A stretch of 64,000 bases of DNA from Planctomycetota bacterium (GTDB lineage: Bacteria > Planctomycetota > B15-G4): positions 4,512,001 to 4,576,000 of the forward strand of contig CBDFJQ010000002.1 in assembly GCA_965248575.1 (NCBI GenBank). Direction: 5' to 3'. How positions within the stretch are numbered: the stretch's first letter is position 1; every line of letters starts with the position of its first letter. Under the pieces are notes generated by a model. That model saw nothing but the letters and a program-made list of their open reading frames with translations, searched no databases and was not told the DNA's origin. Shown piece by piece: positions 57,533-64,000 of the stretch. The position numbers were made by a program, and so were the translations under genes.

Positions 57533-57975
57533 ATGGGAAACTCGAAGCGCTTGGCCGGCGTTGCTACCACTGGTGTGTCGCTGCTGGCCGTGATCGCGCT
57601 CATGCTGTGGCTCCTCACCGACCAGGACGAGAAGCGCGGCGCGGAGTCCGTCGTGTCCCGATCACCCTTGGTCGGGGGCCGCGGCCGCACGCCAGCACCG
57701 AAGGACTGGCCGATACCTGAATCGCCCGCCGAGCCGCGCCAACTCTTGCCAGGGTCTGCTGATGGCGGGGCGCTCGGTGATGGGGGCTCCGGTGGTGTGC
57801 TTCGGCACTACGGCATTCGGCATGCCAGCGGCTCACGCGCCAGCGGTCTGCGCGTGGCCTTCCAGCACCACGGAAAGACGATGGATGTGGGGGAAACGGA
57901 CGCGAACGGTCTGCTCGATTTCGTAGACCCACAGCCCGCCGCTAGCGCGCCCGTCGGCCTGTGGATCGGCGGCGT
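57533..57975 (+). pseudogene. N-terminal remnant of a membrane-anchored protein
   Basis: GGAGG RBS, TM helix, Pro-rich linker, GETDANG; then runs into antisense-like sequence; end approximate. Confidence 0.4.
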
Positions 57976-58150
57976 CGCGGGCTTGTCGTCGGCTTCGACA
58001 GCTTGTCTCTCGGGGTCCACCACACGCTCAGCTACTGTGGCATCGCCGGCGCCTGCGTGGCCTTCTTTCGGCAGGACCTCAGCGACCTGGGCACCGGGAG
58101 CTTTGTCGCCGGCCGCTTTCTCACGGACCAGAGCTGAGCGGGCGGGTGTT

Positions 58151-59890
58151 TCAGCCCTCAGGCAGCTGGGAGATGACCGCTTCCGCCAAATCTGCGAGGC
58201 CCGCCTGCATGCCATCCGTGACGGCGATGACCACACGGACGTCGCGCTGCAGGATGAGCGCCCCTTCGGGGATACGGACGGCCTGGCGGAACTCCTCAGC
58301 GTCCTCAACGGAGTCCCACAGTGTTGCGAGGACCGTTGTGTTTTGCCCATCGCTGGTTTCGTAGAGCTGACAGACGTCGTACCCCCAGCCTGCGACGGCT
58401 GGGTGTGTCCAGCGGGCGGGGTCTCTGGCCAAAGTTTCGTCGGGCACCGATGCGTTCACCAGCAAGGCCAGCATCAACTCGCCCAGGGTGTCCTCTTCCA
58501 CGAGAGCCCAGCCCTCTCCCAGATGGGCTGAGCCGTCCTCCAATGCGAACGCCTTGGGCAGGTCCTGTGCGTCTTCGCTCCAGTACTTCTCTGGATGAAG
58601 GATCTGCTCAGTCGAGAGTGGGGGCTGGGAGAGCGCCCGTGTCACGTCGATGGAAACGCTCTCGACATCAGTGGTCGAGCCACTCCCCCTGGTCAGGAAG
58701 TTCACCCCCAGGTAGTAGTTGGAGCACATCCTGCGCTTGAGCAAATCGGGGATGTCCTGAGCCAAGACACGCAAAGTACCGATCTGCTTGATCTTGCTCT
58801 CGGGTGTGGCGTCGGAGAGCCCGGCCGCCGACATGAACGCGATCTGGTGCAGCACGGCCGAGCCTTCGGTCGCCCCGGCGAATGCTTGCCAACCGTCCTG
58901 AGTCCTGGGCGCGTGTTCGACCGTCTTGCCAGACCAGAGGGCGTGTCGGTGATCGTCCAGTGCATGCACGGCTTCGTGTGCGATGAGGTCCTCCAGGAAC
59001 TCGACGGGCGTGTCCGCGCAGAGCAGAAGGACCTCGCTGCTGCCGATCCATGTACCCGCCACCAGTGAGCCCATGGTCTCAACCGAAGTCTGGTACAGGT
59101 CGAGCCCGGTCGGCCATGCGCCAAGCTGGCCAAACGCACGGCCCATGGCTTCGTCGGACTCACGAGACGAGACGAAGCCTGACTCAATGTGCCGGTACAT
59201 GGCTTCGCGAGTGGCCAGCCTGACTTGGGGCGCGGCTCGATATTCAGCCTGCCTCAGCTTCGCGATGATGGGCAGGACCCGGGACACGATCGCCCGCAGC
59301 TCGTTCAACGTCGTGTGTTCCAACGCGGTCTGAGGGGGAGCTGGGTTGCGCGACCGCAGATGGACGTTGTCAATCAGGGTGGGCGCCGCTCCTTGGGCGG
59401 TGACCCTCAGCGCCAGGGCACGGGCCTCGGACGGGACGTCGATCTTGAGTCGCACGGTCACCCACTCACCCAGCTCGGGTGCATGAACCGAGTCGGCGGT
59501 GTCGAGTATCTCCCAGTTGTTCGTGTCCGGGTCGTGGCCCCAGGAGTCTGCGGTGAGCCACAGCTTGCACCCACGGGCGAGTGGGTTCACCTGCGCGCTG
59601 AAGGCGAGCTGTCGCCCACCTAGCAGAGCCGGGATATTGACGGTGAGTGACGGCCAGCTGTCCGAGGCGGCCTCGAGCAAGACCGCAGGGTCGTCGTCCG
59701 GGCCCAGGTCTGCGACCGGGCTCGCCTCGTCGAGCATCCAGCCGCTGGCCTCGTCGTCGAGCGTTGGGTTGGGAATGAGCTCGTTGATGGCCAAGTCATC
59801 GCCACTCTGGAGGGCGGAGCCGGGGGCGGCCACGGCGAGCAGCACCAGCAGGGCGCGACTCCCATGTCGAATGGTTTCGAGAGTGGCCAT
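58151..59890 (-). CDS. Exported protein: CBM-like N-domain + HExxH zincin-like domain
   Basis: Signal peptide, LIPNPTL..IDNVHL, HEAVHAL, TEGSA, PPLSTEQILHPEKY. Confidence 0.75.
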   Translation of the reverse strand: MATLETIRHGSRALLVLLAVAAPGSALQSGDDLAINELIPNPTLDDEASGWMLDEASPVADLGPDDDPAVLLEAASDSWPSLTVNIPALLGGRQLAFSAQVNPLARGCKLWLTADSWGHDPDTNNWEILDTADSVHAPELGEWVTVRLKIDVPSEARALALRVTAQGAAPTLIDNVHLRSRNPAPPQTALEHTTLNELRAIVSRVLPIIAKLRQAEYRAAPQVRLATREAMYRHIESGFVSSRESDEAMGRAFGQLGAWPTGLDLYQTSVETMGSLVAGTWIGSSEVLLLCADTPVEFLEDLIAHEAVHALDDHRHALWSGKTVEHAPRTQDGWQAFAGATEGSAVLHQIAFMSAAGLSDATPESKIKQIGTLRVLAQDIPDLLKRRMCSNYYLGVNFLTRGSGSTTDVESVSIDVTRALSQPPLSTEQILHPEKYWSEDAQDLPKAFALEDGSAHLGEGWALVEEDTLGELMLALLVNASVPDETLARDPARWTHPAVAGWGYDVCQLYETSDGQNTTVLATLWDSVEDAEEFRQAVRIPEGALILQRDVRVVIAVTDGMQAGLADLAEAVISQLPEG

Positions 59891-60047
59891 GACGCGCAGT
59901 CTACATCGCGGCTCCTATCATTCCGCCGACGAGCGCGACGATCAGCGCGCGCCCTCCACAGGAAGCTCCGGGGAACGCAGCTTCCCGTCACCCTCAGGAC
60001 CCGTAGCACTCCTCTGGGAAGTGGTTCCCGTTGTAGATGTTGGTGGT

Positions 60048-60603
60048 CTAGTTCTTGGACTCGTGGTCGTAGAGGTCGCAGTCTCCGCTGCCGGTGGCCA
60101 CGTTTCCGCTGAAGGTGTTTGCCCTGTCGTCGGCTTCGACACCGTATTTCTTCGCTTTCTTCACGGTGTTGGCGATGACCTGGCACAGCGAGCCCCTGAT
60201 GATCATGCCGTTGCCCTGCGAGTTCTTGATCTTGTTACCTTGGACCACGGCCCCCAGCACGTCTGGGTACACCTCGATCCCGCGGCCGTCGGGCTTCTTG
60301 ACCACGTTGTCGAGCACGTACATCTCGCTGGCGCTGGTGCCGAAGATGTTGGCCACTGCGATGCCTGTGCTGGCTCCGGACGTCTTGTTGTCCTGGATGG
60401 TGATGCCGCTGCTTCCGTCCCCGACCCGCACCTCATCGCCGGGCTGGGCGGCATCGATGGCGGCCTGGATCGTGGGCTGCTGCGTCGGCACCTTGATCGT
60501 CTCAGCGGTGGCGTTCGCACTCAGGACCAGCAGGGTCGCGCTTGCCAGCAGGATGTGAAGAAGAGACCGGTTCAGGTTCAGGGAGCGGATCGTGGGGGGG
60601 CAT
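60048..60603 (-). pseudogene. Truncated right-handed beta-helix (pectin lyase-like) protein
   Basis: KVPTQQPTIQAAIDAA plus a few PbH1-like turns; ATG at 60603 out of frame across a 7-nt homopolymer. Confidence 0.65.
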
Positions 60604-60770
60604 AGGGGGAATCATGGTGGGGCTCCGTGGACCCACGCAGCGAGCGTCGGTTGAGGGCGATGGCGGGCGTGAGCCGGTTCTGTACTGCTTCGGCACAGGT
60701 TCAGCGCCGATTCAGCAGGGGATACGCCAAGCGCAATCGGAGCCCTTCGGGGAATTTGCCGGCCACTCGC

Positions 60771-60836
60771 ACCCGTATCCGTGTCCGTTCTCGCGACCGT
60801 GCGCAGAACCGTGCCCATGACCATGCCCATGACCGT
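60771..60836. repeat. Degenerate hexamer tandem repeat
   Basis: CCCGTA TCCGTG TCCGTT ... ACCGTG CCCATG ACCATG CCCATG ACCGTG. Confidence 0.5.
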
Positions 60837-60971
60837 GAAGGTCTCGGCACGGCGATGGCGTGTCTCCCGGTGCGGAGCCGACCGGGCCGCCTTCCCTAGC
60901 GGAGAGACGCGTGAACGTCAGCCAACAAGCGCGGCGGGGCCTTCCATCCAGCGCCTGCTACCCTGGCGTTC

Positions 60972-61553
60972 GTGACTGCACAGGACCCACCCTCCGACGC
61001 CACCGCTTGCCTTCGTCGGCTGGCGAAGGGCGACGAGAGCGCGGGCGAGCAGCTGCTGCCCCTGATCTACGAGGAGTTGCACCGCCTGGCGCGCCACCAC
61101 ATGGCACCCCAGTCGGCGGCCCACACGTTGCAACCCACGGCGCTCCTGCACGAGGCCTGGATGCGCCTCGCTGGCAGCGCGTCGCCCGACTGGCAGGACC
61201 GCGAGCACTTCCTCTCGTTTGCATCGCGGGTCATGCGCAACGTGCTCATCGATCACGCGCGCAGACGCTCGCGCGCAAAACGCGGCGGCGACCGGGAGCG
61301 CGTCCCGCTCGACATGGCTCTCGATCAGTACGAGGTGCAAGGCGTCGACGTGCTCGCCCTGGACGAGGCTCTCGCATCCCTGGGCGAGCAGGACCCCCAG
61401 CTCATGCGCCTCGTGGAGCTGCGCTTTTTCGGCGGCCTGACCATGGAAGAGACCGCGCGCGTGCTGGAGACCTCACTCTCCTCGGTGGAGCGGAGCTGGC
61501 GCTTGGCGAGGATCTGGTTGCGCGACGCACTGGGCGGTGCTGATGAAAGCTGA
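60972..61553 (+). CDS. ECF sigma factor, TIGR02999-like
   Basis: LLPLIYEELHRLA, HTLQPTALLHEAW, KRGG, LVELRFFGGLT. Confidence 0.93.
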   Translation: MTAQDPPSDATACLRRLAKGDESAGEQLLPLIYEELHRLARHHMAPQSAAHTLQPTALLHEAWMRLAGSASPDWQDREHFLSFASRVMRNVLIDHARRRSRAKRGGDRERVPLDMALDQYEVQGVDVLALDEALASLGEQDPQLMRLVELRFFGGLTMEETARVLETSLSSVERSWRLARIWLRDALGGADES

Positions 61554-64000
61554 GGAATGGACGCGTGTGGAGCCGCTCCTCGCCCGCCTGCTCGAACTCG
61601 AGCCGTCGGAACACGAGGCGTTTCTCGAGGCTGTCTGTGACGACCCCGCCCTGCGTCAGCGCGTGGCGCAACTCTGGGCTGACGACTGCGCGCAAGACGA
61701 CTTCCTCGAGCTTCCAGGTACCGACGGCTCGGGGCTCGCTCCGATTTTCGGAGACGCTCTCGACACGCCCTCGGGACGCACGCCAACCACGGGCGGCAGC
61801 GCTGCGGTGGCCGGTGAGCGCCTCGGCCCCTGGCGGCTGACGCAGCCCCTCGGGGCAGGCGGCATGGGGGAGGTCTGGCTCGCTGAGCGAGCCGACGGTG
61901 CCTTCGAGAAGACGGTCGCCATCAAGTTGCTGCACGCGCGCTTCGGGACACCCGCGCTGCGGGCGCGCTTCGAGCGGGAGCGCCAGGTGTTGGCGGGTCT
62001 GGCGCACAAGAACATCGCGCAGCTGCTCGACGGCGGCACGTCCGAGCAGGGTGTCCCCTATCTGGTGATGGAGCGCATCGACGGCATCCCCGTCGATCGG
62101 TTCTGTTCCCAGAACGCCCTGAGCATCCCCGAGCGCCTCGAGCTCTTCGTGCAGATCTGCGACGCGGTGGGGGCGGCCCACGCCAAGCTCGTGGTTCATC
62201 GGGATCTCAAGCCCGGCAACATCCTCGTCACGACCGACGCTCGGCCGAGCCTCCTGGACTTCGGGATCGCCACCGTGCTGGCGGATGACCCGCTGGACGT
62301 CCCGGTCGATGACCCGGTCGATGACCCGGTCGATGACGAAGCGCCACAGAACGAGTTCACCCGCGGCGCTACCTTCAGCCTGACCCCCGGCTACGCGAGC
62401 CCCGAACAGCTGCTCGGCGAACCGGTGAGCACGTCGACCGATGTGTACTCCCTGGGAGTCATCCTGTATGGGATCCTCGCGGAGCAACGACCCTACGAAC
62501 AGGGAGAGTCGGGTCTACTCGAATTCGCGCGCTCCGTTGCGGAACACGCGCCCCCCGCACCGAGCGCGGTGTGCCCGTCGCCCGCACGCCGCCTCCTGCG
62601 CGGGGACCTTGACGCCATCGTGGCCAAGGCCATGAGCCGGGAGCCGGCTGGCCGCTACGGCTCGGCGGACGCCCTCGCGGAGGACGTCCGCCGCCACCTT
62701 GAAGGCTTCCCCATCCTGGCGCGGGAGGCCAGCGCCGCTTACCGCACACGTCGTTTCGTGAAGCGGCATGCTGTGCTCGTGGGCGCCGCCGCCGCGCTCT
62801 TCCTCATCATGGGCGTGTCCCTCGCCATCATCTCTGACCTGCTGCTGGAGACCCAGGGGGCTCGGGACAGTGCTGAGAAAGGGTGGGCGTCCGCTGGCGA
62901 ACATGCCGATAGGATGCGTGCCCTGGCCGGGTCGTTGGTGTTCGACATCCACGACTCCATCGAACACCTCGCAGGTTCGACACCTGCTCGGACTGCGCTG
63001 ATCGGCTCGGCGGTCAGCACCCTGGAGGCGCTCGCGGCCGACACGGGCGAAGACCCGGACGATCAAGTCGAGCTCGCCGCGGCCTATGCTCGGCTGGGCG
63101 ATCTGCAGGGCCGGCCGACCGCCGCGAGCCTCGGTGACTTCGAGGGTGCGTTGGCCAGTCACGAGCGGAGCCTGCAACTCTTCGAGCAGGCCTCTGAGCT
63201 CGCACCCGAGCGAGTGGACCTGCGCAGCGGGCGGCTCGATGCGCGCGCGAAGATCGGCACACTGCTGCTGCGCCTCGGGCGCACGGCGGATGCGCTGGCA
63301 TTGTTCGAGTCCGTCCATGCGGAGGCAAGGTCGGTTGGACTCGCTGCGCTTCGGGCGGAGGACCTGTTCCATGTGGCGGAAGCGCAGCTCGGCATGGGAC
63401 GTTCCCAGGCGGCGCTCGAGAACCTGGGTGCCGCGTTGCTCGTGGCACGTGCGCAGGCGGCCGAGCACCCTGATGACTTCCAGGCACGCAGGACCGTGCA
63501 AGTCGTGCTCAATAAGCGTGGCATCGTCCAGCGACAGCGGAGAGAGGATGCGGATGCCAAACGGAGCCTGATCGAGTCCGTCTCCATGGCGAGCGAGCTG
63601 CTGAAGCTCAGGCCGGAGGATGGTCAGATCCGTCGGGATCTCGGCCTGGGCTTGGGCGAGCTGGGGTCGCTGTTGCAGGAGACGGGACGGATCGTCGAGG
63701 CGCTCGAGGTGCAGCGCCGCCAGTTGAAGCTCTTCGAGACCCTCGCGGCCGATGATCGGGCCAATGTGATGGCGCAACAGGATCTCGCTTTCGCGCACGA
63801 GAAGGTCGGCGAGTCGCAAGCAGCTGGCGGGGATTGGGCGGGTGCGCTGGCCAGTTTCGAGCGAGCGCTCGACTTCTCGCAGCGAGTCGTCCGTGCGGGC
63901 GCCGGCGGTGCAGCCGCTCTCCGTATCGAAGCGCACAGCCGACTGAGGGTAGCCGACGCCCTGGTGGCGCTCGGCCGCACAGACGACTCGCTCGAGGCGG
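61543..64000 (+). CDS. Ser/Thr protein kinase with TM helix and TPR-like region (3'-partial)
   Basis: GAGGMGEV, VAIK, HRDLKPGN, DFG, TPGYASPEQ, DVYSLG; frame runs to the window end, so absent from the ORF track. Confidence 0.92.
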   Translation, partial: MKAEEWTRVEPLLARLLELEPSEHEAFLEAVCDDPALRQRVAQLWADDCAQDDFLELPGTDGSGLAPIFGDALDTPSGRTPTTGGSAAVAGERLGPWRLTQPLGAGGMGEVWLAERADGAFEKTVAIKLLHARFGTPALRARFERERQVLAGLAHKNIAQLLDGGTSEQGVPYLVMERIDGIPVDRFCSQNALSIPERLELFVQICDAVGAAHAKLVVHRDLKPGNILVTTDARPSLLDFGIATVLADDPLDVPVDDPVDDPVDDEAPQNEFTRGATFSLTPGYASPEQLLGEPVSTSTDVYSLGVILYGILAEQRPYEQGESGLLEFARSVAEHAPPAPSAVCPSPARRLLRGDLDAIVAKAMSREPAGRYGSADALAEDVRRHLEGFPILAREASAAYRTRRFVKRHAVLVGAAAALFLIMGVSLAIISDLLLETQGARDSAEKGWASAGEHADRMRALAGSLVFDIHDSIEHLAGSTPARTALIGSAVSTLEALAADTGEDPDDQVELAAAYARLGDLQGRPTAASLGDFEGALASHERSLQLFEQASELAPERVDLRSGRLDARAKIGTLLLRLGRTADALALFESVHAEARSVGLAALRAEDLFHVAEAQLGMGRSQAALENLGAALLVARAQAAEHPDDFQARRTVQVVLNKRGIVQRQRREDADAKRSLIESVSMASELLKLRPEDGQIRRDLGLGLGELGSLLQETGRIVEALEVQRRQLKLFETLAADDRANVMAQQDLAFAHEKVGESQAAGGDWAGALASFERALDFSQRVVRAGAGGAAALRIEAHSRLRVADALVALGRTDDSLEA
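62301..62337 (+). repeat. 12-bp tandem repeat x3 (PVDD)
   Basis: CCCGGTCGATGA three times. Confidence 0.9.

Noticed and set aside
57482..58531. Full-length 349 aa plus-strand ORF
   Set aside because: Its 3' part is antisense to the motif-bearing gene 58151-59890

Overview
GC-rich bacterial window, probably Planctomycetota; this rests on a TIGR02999-like ECF sigma plus Ser/Thr kinase-TPR pair, an FG-GAP protein and sulfatases, and is inference only. 0-14.3 kb: VOC/HxlR pair, sulfatase, P450, then a co-oriented array of secreted hydrolases with a duplicated ~118 bp leader and decayed copies of its own genes. 14.3-22 kb: tryptophanase, nitronate monooxygenase-family gene, and a pentaheme cytochrome c coupled to a GSDH-propeller/IPT/Kelch protein. 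22.2-32.2 kb: anaerobic benzoyl-CoA dearomatisation operon (had-oah-GNAT-dch-bcrCBAD-SDR-GNAT-Rrf2) with an 11-10-11 inverted repeat at its start. 32.8-33.7 kb: an orphan Ala-rich protein whose only two Cys are equidistant from a central GLDP hinge. 34-64 kb: surface-modification genes, several pseudogenes, RlmI-like methyltransferase, gdhA, propeller proteins and the ECF/kinase pair cut by the window edge. All calls come from motif reading; no database searches were run.
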